Origin: Camelus ferus
Lineage: Eukaryota
Assembly (NCBI RefSeq): GCF_009834535.1
Contig: NC_045696.1
Location: forward strand, 49,788,001 to 49,852,000
Direction of reading: 5' to 3'
Length of the DNA stretch: 64,000 nucleotides
Positions 50,987 to 64,000 of this stretch are shown here, in pieces. The notes beneath the pieces are model-generated. The model did not search any database. It worked only from the letters and a program-made list of their open reading frames with translations, and was not told the DNA's origin. Position 1 is the first letter of the stretch. Every line of letters starts with the position of its first letter. The position numbers and the translations under genes are program-made.

Positions 50987-52018
50987 TGAACGTGAGGCTG
51001 CGGGAGCAGCTGCGGCTGCCAAGCTCTGTCTCACGGGGAGAGGACGGGGATGCCTTTATTTCTTCGCGATTGGAAGATCTGTGCTCCCTGCACAATTCCC
51101 TCGCCAGATTAGAGGATTCTCCACCCATCCCAGATATCGCAGCTTCCTTCTGAGTTGTTGGCCAGTTCAAAGCCCTTTTGCTCTTTCCAATGAGAATAGA
51201 GATAAGCATTTCTCTAAGATCTCTCCAGTCTTCTTGGTGTATCAGCTCCTCTGGGGCCATCCCTTCCCCCAGGGGAATAGGTTGGTTACATAGTAAAACA
51301 AAGGAAGGGGTGGAGGGGGAGGACTAACCACCTTCCATCCTTCCTGGAGCCATACTCCTTGGGAATGCTCAATGCCTGTCTGTTGAATGGATTTGTTCTC
51401 ATGAAACTGAAGGGAATCCTTATTTGATAACTGCTTTTCTATGGAGATCCTCCTGTGTGTTTGGGGGGTTGGGTACCACAGGCTCTGCTGATTCCAACAA
51501 GCCTGTCTTTCCTCACAGGCTGTGCTTACTGTTACATAATGCTAGCCCACGCGTCTGTTGGATTGTGCCCAGCACTTGGGTTATAGGTTTCTGGGAGGAG
51601 GGTACCCCGTTCAGTTCTTTTACACATCACTAGCCCTTACCGGATGAGTTATTGAAGCCTGATTCTGACCTGCCTTTTGATAGAAGAAATAATGTTAGAC
51701 TCTATCCTTCAGCCTCTCCTGGGAACCCCTAACTCATCCCTCCATTGAAAGTCTGAAATCATGGCCTCATCACTGCACATCATTCCCTCTCTGTAAACAT
51801 TCTTTCCCTCACCCAGAAAAAGGAAGGGAGGAGCGAGGGGAGAAGAGGATTCCTAGGCTACTGAACGCACTGCAGTCAGGAGCAGCCCTGAGAGTGGGGT
51901 CGCCTGGGTCTTTAGGGCTGGGTATGGTAGCCTGGCCCCCCAGCCCAGAGCCCATGCCTTCCTGGGGTGCAAGATTTGCCCATGCCCTAACCTGTGGGCT
52001 GTGCCCCGCGGGGGCTAA

Positions 52019-52525
<507 letters not shown>

Positions 52526-53469
52526 TAAACAGAAGCCTCCGTGGAGAGGAAGCTAATATGGTTACGTGGATGCCTCTCATTTCTCTTACCCCTCCCATCA
52601 TGTACTCTGAGCCCACAAATGAAAGCTGCCGGAGGAGAAGGGGGCAGCGAGTTTGCTTCTGACTCACCCGCAGCCGGGCTTATAGACAAAGCTGCCTACT
52701 GCAATTTTGTCATTCAATCCAAGAAATAAATAACTCCCCACCCTTTTATTAAATGGTTACCTGGCAGCTTGGTGACTATAACTTCCAGATGTGTAATTTC
52801 TCAGAGAGGGTGACAAATGACTTTTTCCTTTCATATTTGTGAATTGACATAAGAAATCTAACAAGGCATAAAAAAGAAATCAAGTTTCTGGACGTATTTA
52901 ATGGTCCAGCGTTATTGGGGGAAATGATGTGAATGGAGATATCGCCAGAGAATTTGGGACCTATGGTCACAGACCTTAGTGTCCCCCTGAGCCCAGATGT
53001 GCACACCCACCGGTGTGACTGTTCTACCCACATCAGGCCCACCCAGAGGCATGGACCCATCTGTGCTCTCATCCTTATTGTCACTGGCTGTCCTTAGTCA
53101 CTGGCCCAACCAATAGGATACCCAAGGCAGTGACCCAAATGGCTCTGCTGACAGTGAGAATGGGCTGACTTCCCTGTGATCAAGAGACAATGGTATCATC
53201 CAACTAAACAACCTTAATTCCTTTATTCTCACCCCCTCTGTGTCATACAGAGAGCTGGCAGTTCCTGTTTCCTTCACAAATGAGTAGTTAAAATCGTAAG
53301 ACGCCAATCAGTTTATCAATAATGTTTTGCCATTATTTAGAAACTCATATATTCAGACCTTCAGGCCAGGCCATTGGCCTTCATGAACACTTGCCTCCAA
53401 ATCCCCATGGAATGTCACAGTTGTGACTTGGTCCTTGCTTTTTAGGTCAAAACTATGATGATTTTTCCT

Positions 53470-53735
53470 TGCTAATAAAAATAGCTACTGCTTATCGATA
53501 TTTTCCTATACACTAGGCACGGTACTGGGGCTTTTCTGCATAATGCCAATCAATTCTCCTAACAAGTCCAGGAGGTGTTATAAATTCCCCATCACAAAGG
53601 TGATGAGACTGAAGCTTGCCCATGGTTACTTGTATGATTACTTGTATAGATCATATGACCAACTAGTAAGTAGCAGAACCAGGACTCAAACCCAGGCTCT
53701 ATGATGCCAAAGAAGGGAACTTTAACCAAACTGCC
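53470..53735. mobile_element. MIR SINE
   Basis: gatgagactgaagct...ctagtaagtagcagaaccaggactcaaacccagg. Confidence 0.65.
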
Positions 53736-55749
53736 GTGCCGGGGCCAGGACACTGTTTCCTTCACCTGCACCATGAGTGTGTGGCTGAGTCATAGCAGAG
53801 ACTAATGAGATGAAGAGGAAGGGAAGGATGATTCAGGGCTCTGTGGGACACAAGGTTAGAGGCCCCATACCAGGAGGTGTGTGTGAATGGGAGGGGACCC
53901 AGGGAGGCCCCCCACATGCAGGAAGTGTGTAGGTAGAGGAAGAAACTGGGACCTCTGTGGGAGGTGGGGATCCAGAGGGTACTTTTCTGTTCTGAGGATG
54001 CGTTGTTTGCCTTTCCCCTTTTCCCAAAGACCACACAGGTGAACTTTATACCCAGGAGGTGCTAGCAGTGAAGGAGAAGCGGGTGGGGTGCAGTAGTTCC
54101 TAATAAGCAGAGTAAGTGGACGTCTACACCACCTGCCCCAGTCCTGTGCATTAGGGCACCTCTTAGGAAAGAGGGAGGTTGAGAGACATGAGTGTGACTG
54201 CAGTAGTCTGAGATCGGGTAGTGGACACGTGGAGTCCAGGGCAGGGTATTGCTCCTGGGAAAAGGGAACAGGGCAGACATGGAGGGCTCTCATTCTCAGG
54301 GCAAAGAAGGGTGGGGCTTTAAAGGAAAGGAGGAAGGAGACCTCTCCCAGGGCGCTGTGGCTGAGCGGCTGTAGACAGGTCACGCAGCAGGTAGGGATAG
54401 CTGGCAACAGGGGAAGCAGATGCTTGGGAGAGTCCAAACGTCCTCTAGAGGCCCCAGGTTCTGGTGCTCCGCCCCGCCCCCACCCCTATGGAGGGGAACC
54501 GGGACTTAGGTTTGGGAGATTCACTCTATGATTTGAAGGGGATACTTGGTATCCTCCAAAAGCGCTGTCTGAAGCTCAGGCCAGAGGTGGTTTCCAGTGG
54601 GGCAAGAGGAAGGAAAGTGGGTTGCTTTGAGCAGAGAAAGGGGGAGGGGTGGCGGCCTTGAGCGAGCCCAGCAGCGAGACGCGTTCGACAACAGCAGGGA
54701 CCAGTGCCCGAGGCTGGGTCCTTCTGCCAGAGCTGGTTGTCGCCTGGGAATATGGGGATGAATAAGCTGAAATCAAAGGGACGCTGTGTGCAGGGCTGGC
54801 GTGTGTTGCGGTGCCTGTGTGCACGGGAGGTGTCCGAGGGTTTGTGCGCACAGCTCTTGGACTCGCCATCTCGTTCTCCCTCCTCTTCTGCACCCTGGCT
54901 GTGGTTTTAGTGCTGTGCTCACGTATTAGATTATTCACATTCACTCCTGATTCCACACATCGCAGTCATGGTGGCCGTGGCTTGGAGGGGCCAGTCCTTC
55001 TCTCTTGAATCTTTCTCTTCCTCCTCTGCAGGCTTTTTATACTCCGCAGCTCTGGGTCTTCGGTCTCCCCTGCTCGCCATCTTTCTAAGTAGGGCTGTGC
55101 TTATCCACGGCTGCCCAGGGACTCCACGCTGCTCTTGAGTCACGGCCGAATAAAGCCGCAGGAGCCCGGGCTTGCCAAATGTCTTCTTACTGTTTAGATA
55201 GACAAGCTCCAGATGTACCCTCTATCCTGAAACCTTTTTTTAGACACAAGGTGAAATGCTTAGAATGGACTCGGGGTCAACCAGAATAAAAGGTTCAAGG
55301 CTTCAAGGAGGAACCCAGGACTGAATGTTCCAGAAAACAACCCAACCACAGGGATACAAACGAGGTTACTGACGTTCCCCTCTTAGGAAGCTGGGTGACC
55401 AGCTCCTTTCAGAGATGAGGGAGACGTAAGGGCGGCTTAGAGCAGGGAAGGGGACAGGGGAGGTCTTTCTTGTGGACGAGAGAAGGTGGATGCCTGGTGG
55501 GTTACTTTGGGATTTGCCCCCGGGGTCCTAGAAAAGGGTGGGCGGGGCCGTCTCAGCTCAAGAGAGCGCAGTGGAGGTTAGGTTTCAGCATCTCTTCTGT
55601 GTAGGGAAAGGAGGGAGGAGGGAAAGCGAGGAGCCAGGAAAGGAGGGATGTGTGCGTGTGTGTGTGCATGTGTGTGTGTAAAACAGAACATGAGAGTGAG
55701 TGTGTTGGTCAGAAGGACTGCAGAGAGAGCTCACTCTGGAGGGTAGAAG

Positions 55750-55950
55750 TGTGCAGGCTCCTAAGTCAGAAATTAGACTGCCGGGTTCAAACCTCTGCTC
55801 CATCACTTACCAATGAACTTTCCTAAGCTTCGATTTTCTTTGCTGTAAAATGGGGATGATAGTATTGATTTCATAGGGTTGATATGGGGAGCGAATGAGA
55901 TCATGCATTGAAAGTGCTCACCATAGTGCTGGCAAGAGTCGAGCACCACG
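55750..55950. mobile_element. MIR SINE
   Basis: gggttcaaacct...ctgtaaaatggggatgatagta...aaagtgctca; further MIR copies at about 19130-19240, 34640-34820, 43110-43300, 56270-56480 and 59450-59640. Confidence 0.65.
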
Positions 55951-56984
55951 TGTGGTGGCAATGTAAAAATGACTATTGTCGTTGGCTTTTTTTTAAGACT
56001 GATGGAAAATGAGAGCAGCAGGAGCAAGGGGTAAGGTCACATAGTCTGTCTTGGAACAAACGGACTTCATTAACAGCTTCACACAGCGGCTGGTAGGGTT
56101 GCCCCTCTGTCACCTGCAGCGTGTCACCTCATTGGCCATTCTCCAAAATGAGAGACTGCCTTTATGAGTCTTCTTACTGAGTTTTTCCCACCTCGTGGTC
56201 ATTACCCTCTATGCCTTTCCCCAGGATATATTATTGCTTTCCCCATCTCACACCTGGATGACTTTGATACTGCGGAAAGAGCATGAGTTTTGGAATTAGG
56301 TGGGTGGGTTGAAACACTTTAGCTACAAACTAGCTCTGTGACCTTGGTTAAGCTGCTTAGCTTCTCAGAGCCTCAGTTCCCTTCTCTGCAAACAGGTCTA
56401 GCACCTCCCTTGCAGGATTCTTGCAAGAAGTAAATGTATAAAATGCCTAACACAATGCTTGGCTAAGAGATAACCCGATAAATGTGGACTTTTCTTCCTC
56501 TGTTGTCAGTCCAACAGCAAGTAGCCCTTTTGGTTCCTGTGCATAAATAGGTAATGAGCACTAGACACCTAGAATTCTAGAATGTCAGAGCAGGCAAGAC
56601 TCAAAGATCAGTCAGATCTGATTGCTCTTCTCCATCATCCAGTGGCAAGGATGCAGACACGTGGTTTCGTCCTGCCTCACTGTTCCCCTCCTTGATGACT
56701 GGGTGTTGAGGAGCCTGGTTTACATCAGGGGCAGAGTGCCTGGAAGGTCCAAATGTCTTCTCTGGGAGGTGTCACTGTGTGTGTCATTCCTCAGCAGCAA
56801 GAACAGAAGAGACATTTCACCTGATTTGAGAGCTATCTGGGGATATGGTACGGTACCTGTAGTGACTCGAGACATCACAGAAATAAACACCTGTTGCTGG
56901 AAGCTCCTTTTCTATCAGAGCAGCCTTTACTGCATTTACTCCAAGTGCTGCTCACACTTAACGTTTGGCGGGTTCTTCCTTCAG

Positions 56985-57167
56985 CACTGGTTCTCTGGCT
57001 CCAGTGAGCACCAGAATCATCTGGTAGGCTTGTTACAACTCCGATTGCTGGACCCTAGCTCCAGAGTTTCAGAAGTATTAAATATGGGTTGGGGCCTAGG
57101 AATTTACATTTCTTACCAATTCTGGGGTGTTCCTGCTGGCCCGGGAACCCTGCTTCGAGAGCCACTG
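56985..57167. mobile_element. MER5-like hAT MITE
   Basis: cactggttctc...gagagccactg termini; internal cagaatcatctgg and ccagagtttc. Confidence 0.7.
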
Positions 57168-57629
57168 CCCTACAGAGTTTCTCCAGGGAGGCAAGCAACA
57201 AAAATTAATAAAGTCCACAGAGCAAGCCCAACCTGCCCTCTGACATTTCTCCCTTATCTGTAGCAATAGTTTTTCTATCTTCAGTGGAGAATTGGGAGCC
57301 ATGCCTAAGTTATTACTCAGGGAAATAAGAAATGGTGTCTTCATCCACTGACCACTTTCTCTATATAAGTCCCAGAAAGATTAAAAAAAAAACAAAAAAC
57401 CCAATATTCCAAAGATGAGTCAAGACTAACAAAACAGAAGTAGCTCTGAAGCAGAGTTTTGAGTGTAAGACTGATCTTTAGTATTAGAATGTCCAACCTG
57501 GATTTACATACCCAGATGCCTTCTCTGGCCTTTTTCCTTTCTCTTTACACTTCTTTTTATTTTTCCTTCCCAAAGAGATGCATAAGATAGCATTAAAGTA
57601 ATAAAAAAAATTAAGAGAATAAAATTAAA

Positions 57630-57885
57630 AAAAAATTTTATTGACATGTAGCTGGTTTACAATATTTGTTTCAGGTGTACAGCCAAGTAAGTCAGTAATA
57701 CATATACATATATATTCTTTTTCAGATTCTTTGCCATTATAGGTTATTACAAGGTACTGAATGTAGTTCACTCTGCTGTACAGTAGGTCCTTGTTGTTTA
57801 TCTATTTTATATATAGTAATATGTATCGGTTAATCACCGACCTCTAATTTGTCCATCCCACCCTTTCCCCTTCAGTAACCATAGT
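57630..57885 (-). mobile_element. L1 3' end fragment
   Basis: ttttattgacatgtagctggtttacaat...caggtgtacagc...ataggttattacaag; reverse-complement similarity to the 23401 element. Confidence 0.75.
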
Positions 57886-58699
57886 CTGAAGAGATCAAAA
57901 TGTTTGTTCAAGTATCTTTAGGGTAATAAGACTCAAATTTGTGAGCATAAGAAACCCTGGATTAGGATGGGAGTTGGGGGTGGTCCTTACAATGCAGAGC
58001 CCTTGGTCCCTCTTCCCAGAGATGAATTTTGGTAGCTGGGGTGTAAGATCACACCTGGGAAGACACTGCCTTGTGATAATGCAGGAAACAGAGGACACAG
58101 TACCTTCTAGTAAAGGTTTTGGTTCCTCTTGAGACTCTGAAGAGGTTTGTCAGGTGAGACAGGAAAAGCTACTCTGCCACCATCTCTTTTTACAACTTCA
58201 AGACTAATATTAGCCTCCCCTATGCTAGGGGCTAGAGGAGTCCAGGAGCCTGATTAAAATCCTGAGCCGTTAGTGTAAATGTGGCCCCTCTCTTTCTTAT
58301 CTCACTTCCTTTCTATGGCCAGCGGTCTTATTCATAGATCACCACCCAGACTCAGTTTCATTTCTGCTCTCCCAGCATCTAGAAAATTCCCAGCACCTAG
58401 TTGGTAGTTCTTTTAGAACTGTTCTTTTTTTTTCCCTTGGCAGAATGGCCTTAAGCAGTGGTTTTCAGGCTGCCTTGCCAAAGTATCTAGGGGTTGCTTT
58501 CAAGAAGCAAAGGGATGCCAAGCTTCCAGGGCTCGGAGCGGGCTCCCAGCCTGGATCACAGCCGTTTCAGTGGCTGCGGTTATGATCTGACTTTGTGGAA
58601 GATATCTCTGAAGGGAGGAGTTATTGCTTAACAACTTTCATCTAGTACTTACCACATTCCAGACCTTGGGATAGTTTTAAAAATTAAAAACCAAGCTGC

Positions 58700-59012
58700 T
58701 GGGGCAGTGCTTGCCTATCCGTCTGGCTGTATCCGCATCATCACAGATCATCCCAGAATCTGAATTTTCAAGATCCTTGGGTAATTCTGATGACTAGTCT
58801 AGTTGGGAGTCACCAGAAGAAACTCGTATTTCTTAGACTTCCCTGATGGCATATCACCCAGGGAGATTATTAAAAATATAAACTCCAACCCCCCCCCCCA
58901 CCCCCCAGGCTTACTGAACTCGTCTCTCCTGGGACTGACCTCAAATTTTGTATTTTTAGAGACCTCCCCATCCCATCTCACAAATAGTTGAAGAAGTTTG
59001 GGAAACCATGCT
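58700..59012. mobile_element. MER5-family fragments
   Basis: catcatcacag...gtaattctgatg...agtttgggaaaccatg motifs. Confidence 0.5.
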
Positions 59013-59694
59013 CTGAAGCAGGCTGTGTTCTAGGCAGATGGTACATTTCGTTAGGCCAGAATACTGGGATTCTTTCCAAGGGAGGTCTACTTGATAACTA
59101 ACTAGAAATGAACTGATTACAGGAGGCAGATTTCTGTTCACAGTGTTACGCAGAATCTTAACAATAATTATTTTAACTTGATCTGTACACTGATGGGGGA
59201 CTCTGGACCCCAGCTGCTTTTTCTTGCTTTAATTTTATTCGCGTTGAGACCTTGAGAAATTATGCTAAACCATCATCATTACCATCATTTGGGGTTGGTG
59301 CCCTAGATCTTGTGGGACCCAAGAACTATGCCCCAGTTCCATCCCTCCACCTGGCATTGAAGCAGCCACTGCCACCCCTCAGGTCATCCCTGATCACCGA
59401 GGAACGTGCCTCCCAAACAGCCTCCACTGGGGACCCACGGGAGATGGCAGTGCGCCCCCTGCAGACTGCCGTGGGCTTTGCGTTCAGACCAACCTGAGCT
59501 GGAGCTGAGCCCTGATTTACTTGCTGGGTGGCTCTGGCACATTAATTAGCCTCCCTGAGTTAGTTTTCCCATCCACACATTGGGAGGAATAATGACAAGT
59601 CCATGGGGTTGATGTCACATATAGCAAAGTGTCTAGCCTACCATTTATATCAAATCTCTTGTCCTGAGGGCTTTCTTTTTAAAAAGTGTTGCCA

Positions 59695-59835
59695 GGGGGA
59701 GGGTATAGCCCAGTGGTAGAGCACATGCTTAGCATGCACAAGGTCCTGGGTTCAATTCCCAGTACCTCCATTAAAAAATAAAATGAACAAATAAACAAAC
59801 CTAATTACCTCCCCCTACACACAAAAAATAAAATA
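59695..59835 (+). mobile_element. tRNA-derived SINE (camelid Vic-1-like)
   Basis: A box plus B box (ggttcaattcc); TSD aaaaagtgttgcca / aaaaagcgtttcca; inserted at a TTTT/AAAA L1-endonuclease site. Confidence 0.88.
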
Positions 59836-61857
59836 AAAAAGCGTTTCCAATTTGTTCCTTCCCCAACTTCTTCTGCCCCAATCGTATAATTGCTTCCTTT
59901 TGCACTCTCCAGGGATGAGGGTGGGTGGGAGTTACAGTCCGAGGTTCCCAGATATCTTACCCTTGCCCCTAACTTAGTTCCCTCCGTCCTTTCTGGGGTC
60001 ATGTAGTGTACACCTTAGCAAGCTACTGGTGACAGGGGCTGGGTCTGTGGTTTAACAGGGCTTGTTTCCTCACCCATGGCTCCAGCGTGGTGTCTGTGGC
60101 TGGCTGCCAGTTGTCAGGCTCTACAGTCCCCAGATCCTGGACATGCCAGACTTGCTCTTTTCAGTCACCAGAACCAGACTTCTGGTCTGCTATACATGCA
60201 GAGTGGAGATGACTGGTGTACCCTGACCTTCCCAAGCCTCTGTGTGCTCCATCGTCTCTCTAGGTGCTCTTTAAGGACTCACTGCTTGAGAGCAAAACCT
60301 TTCCTTATGTCCTCCCTCAGTGATCCTTCAGAATATCATCACGATGGTTCTATCAAAAAAAAAAAAAAAGGATGCTGTTATAGAGTGACAGTTACAGAAA
60401 CGCTTTTCCTCTGCGGAAGAGAAGGATCATTCTCATAACCTCCTCTGCGCTTCCCCTCCCTTACTTCCCAGTATTCCTTGTGCCCTCCCCCTTCCATCTG
60501 CTGCCCAGATCCTCCACTCTCCACCACCCCAGCTGTTCCTTGAGTCTGGGGGGTGCTCCCTAGAGACCCTTTCATCCCTGTATCCATCCATCAACCCCGC
60601 AGAGCCTCAGGATCCAGGAGATCGTCCCTCAGTTCACGTGGGAGGTGGGGGGTGGAGGAGAGGGACCAGGAGAGAGGAATCTGCTGTCTCTCTCTCCTCT
60701 TTGAACAAACGGGCATCCTGGACTGGACTTCCTCTGTGGGCCTTAATTGTTTATTTTGTCAGAGTTATGCTCCATTCTCCCTTTCTGTCTGCCTTTCCCC
60801 AGTAATTCTGTATTCCCTGCAGCAGCCTGGCCCAAGAGACCACAGATGGTTTACTCGGTCTGAAGAGCGTCATTTAATGTTTGCCCTTAACTTTCATAGC
60901 CCCCTCCCCCACCCTGGTCCTTCAGCTTTTGTACTGCACCCTCGTGCTGTGCGTGGACCTTCAAGCTGGTTCTGACCTGCAGGGCTAACCACATGGTAGC
61001 ATCTTTCCCTTTCCCTGTGCAGGACTCATCAGTCAGCAGGAAGGGGTGGAGCGAGGAGAAAGGATGGGAGGAGCATGCTGCCTTGTAGCCCAGGGGACTT
61101 CTCTGTGGGTTAAGGGTCCTTGGGCTCCTCAGATGACGGTGCGCCCCCTCCCACTGTGTGCCGGGCACACCACACACTCTCCCCTCCAACATACACACAT
61201 GCCATTTATTTATTGTCTCCATTCAACTCCTTTCAAGCAGCAGAGAATGAAAGGCCTCTCACCGTGTCCTGTTGGAGTGCTTTCTGTGCTGATTTGCTTT
61301 TCTTCATCTGCCAGGCCTCCAGCCCAAAGGGCCAAGTGAATACTCAATCTGATGCACATGGATGATTTCAGACCCTTTTAACCCAGATAAAGGGAAAGAA
61401 AGAAGCCACCTGGGGTTTGGTGCAGTTCATCCATCCAGTATATTTCTTCCCGGTTTCCTTTTCTCTTCCCAGTCCTGAGGAGAACCCTCTTGTGCGGACC
61501 CCCACGCCAACCCACCCACAGGACCTCACCTTACGGCCGCCTGTGGGACCCCCTGAGGCAAGGCCTCTGAGTAGGGCAGGGACCTCTATCTGAGCTGCTA
61601 AGTGCTTGGAATGTGTTATTCACGCAGCAACTGCGAGTGGATTAGAAACGGGATCTTTGGTATGTGCCATCTAGACAATCATTAGCCAGATTCCTTTCTG
61701 AGAAGTTTGGCTATGTGGTCTTCAGGTCACTTTGAGGGGCACCCTCAAACATCCCTATTCCTTGAATGTGCTCGCCTACAGCCTCCTGTCGGAACTTCCT
61801 TCCCAGAGGGCCAGTTGCATCCTGGATTCCTTGGCCCTGACACATACTAGACTTTAA

Positions 61858-61980
<123 letters not shown>

Positions 61981-62843
61981 TAAAAACTCCCTCCCAGCCC
62001 CCCAGGAACAGAGGGTAATGTTAGCGAGAAGGAGCATCAGAAGCCTTGTCACGGCCCAGAGGTGCTTGGACACAAAGGCCCTAGGAGCAAGCACTCCCAG
62101 CCCCACAGCCGAGTCCCCCGGAGCAAGGAAAGACCCACGGTGCAGAAAGAGAGCTTAAACTCAACCCAGTAGCTCAGTGGGAGGTGAACACGTCGTAGCA
62201 GGTAATTAACTCTTCATGCCCCTAACCCCCTCTGCTTCTTGACAACTATAAAAAGGTACTAGCTTGTGGCGTTTTAAAGGAACCTGGTCTGAAACTCCTG
62301 TGTATTGGCCAGTTGAAGCCCTGCTTTTAGCTCCCACTTTGTTAGTGACCTACTGAGGCCTACATGGCCCCATATTATTCACCATCTGACTCTTCACCGA
62401 AGTTTGCAGCCCTCTGGCCTAGAGTGAGGCATTTCCCCTGCTTTGCTCCCACACCCCTCAGCTCTAAAGGGGAACAGTGACCCTTGGTCCCATACAGGGA
62501 GGGATGGAACAGGATTAATGACTTTGCAAGAAGAGCTGACTTCAATTTTCACAAGGGCTTGAGGTAACTGTGAAGGGGGGACAGGAAAGCTGTCTGAGAG
62601 TAAAGTCCCCAGAGAGGCATCACTGGTTTCTTTGCTGTCGAAATTCTGGAAAATCATCTGAGCTTCTAAGGAGGAGAGAGGTAGGGCCTGTTCATGGTGG
62701 GACCGTCGCCCAGGGCGAGAGCATTGTTCATAGAAGGACTGTCGTTCAGTATAAGGCCTGCCCTTCTTCCTGGTGACCCTTGATCCCCCATAGAGCCTGC
62801 CTAACTGCTCATCTAGGGAAAGGTTTGGAAATGGTCAGAATGA

Positions 62844-63014
<171 letters not shown>

Positions 63015-63322
63015 GGCGCTGCGCCCGCCCCACGGAGAGAGGACGGACGTTCCACGCCGCAGTCTCCGTGATCAAGAAATAGCTAGTCACCTTCCGGCCT
63101 TCTCCTCGTCCCAAAGCCTCCTGTCCCTGGTTGTTGCAAGTGCTGCGTTTCTGCCGCAAATCCACGTTGCCTACTGCCGCCACCTTCTGTTCGTTCAGAA
63201 CTATGCAAAGACTCCGCTCCCTCCTCCCGAGCCCCCTCTCCCTGAAAGCCCGCCTTTGTCTGACTATTTATTTATTTATTTATTTGCCAGAAATTTCGCT
63301 CCTCAACTTATAGAAGGCACCT

Positions 63323-63328
63323 AATAAA
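63323..63328 (+). terminator. TAGLN3 polyadenylation signal AATAAA
   Basis: First AATAAA seen after the stop (about 310 nt), with U/GU-rich sequence downstream. Confidence 0.75.
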
Positions 63329-64000
63329 TGAATGAGTCTTGCGTCTTAAAGTGTAAAGTTTCTTCTTTGTCTTAGGGACTTTGCGGGCAGGGCTGGTCTT
63401 CATTTCATTCAGGAGGCCAGCAAGATGGAATTAAGCTTAAATGGTAGCTGTAAAAATATAGGTTAACCTTGAGGAAGGCTTGCGAGGTTGTGTGGTTTAC
63501 CTTGGCAACTGAAGTAGAAAGCGTAGGAATAGTTTTGCCCTCTCTGACAGCCGAAAGCCAAGAGTTCAAGTATGAGGTCTTTGACCCCCACATATTTTTG
63601 ATTACCTACCTTGTACCTGTTATGCTAGACTCTCTGGGGGTACAGGAATGAGCAAGATGAAGCCTCAGTTTTTTAGGAGCTCTCAAAGAGATGACCAGGA
63701 AGTGTCTGATGGAGGGGTGGTTTTGTCAACTGTGCGAGTGATTACTGGTTGAAGGAAAGAGCAGTTTTCACTTCTCTGTCAAAAATCTTCCCACACCAGA
63801 GGCCAGATCCTGGGTCTGATGCAGACATTTACACAGTTTCTTCATCAGCCAGGAGTGATAGAATGTAGATTGCTCTCTTACAGTCATTTGTAAGGTCTAA
63901 CCCCCTAAAACACTTGGACATTGCCTAAGATTGAGATCTAGTTAAGATGGGATAGGGTTTAAAGATTTTCTCATCTGTAGAAAACTTGAGAAAGCAAATA

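Noticed and set aside
53856..54437. 193-aa minus-strand ORF
   Set aside because: Pro/Leu-rich translation of purine-rich intron; no homology recognised
56622..57263. 213-aa ORF in a TAGLN3 intron
   Set aside because: Non-ATG start, runs through a MER5 element, no protein-like features

Overview
Mammalian genomic DNA, most likely a camelid (inferred from three tRNA-derived SINEs resembling Vic-1). It holds three tandem + strand genes in the order known from human 3q13.2. (1) The last eight constitutive coding exons and 3'UTR of PHLDB2/LL5-beta (coiled coil + PH domain). (2) Complete ABHD10: 5 coding exons, 921 nt, 306 aa, Ser152/Asp249/His279 triad, NRF1/YY1 CpG promoter. (3) Complete TAGLN3: 4 coding exons, 600 nt, 199 aa. 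All exon joins were checked by hand for AG/GT and reading frame. The rest is intron and intergenic DNA with SINE, L1, L2, MIR, MER5, MER63 and a MER68-like solo LTR. There is no prokaryotic-type system and most six-frame ORFs are noise. The most interesting unexplained structure is a series of frame-preserving candidate microexons and cassette exons in PHLDB2 introns (21, 15, 21, 15 and 54-129 nt), several behind long AG-free tracts with RBFOX/QKI/UGC motifs. Also notable: an orphan CpG promoter-like island inside PHLDB2 and a candidate alternative last exon / antisense promoter in a TAGLN3 intron. These are sequence-only predictions; some may already be catalogued.
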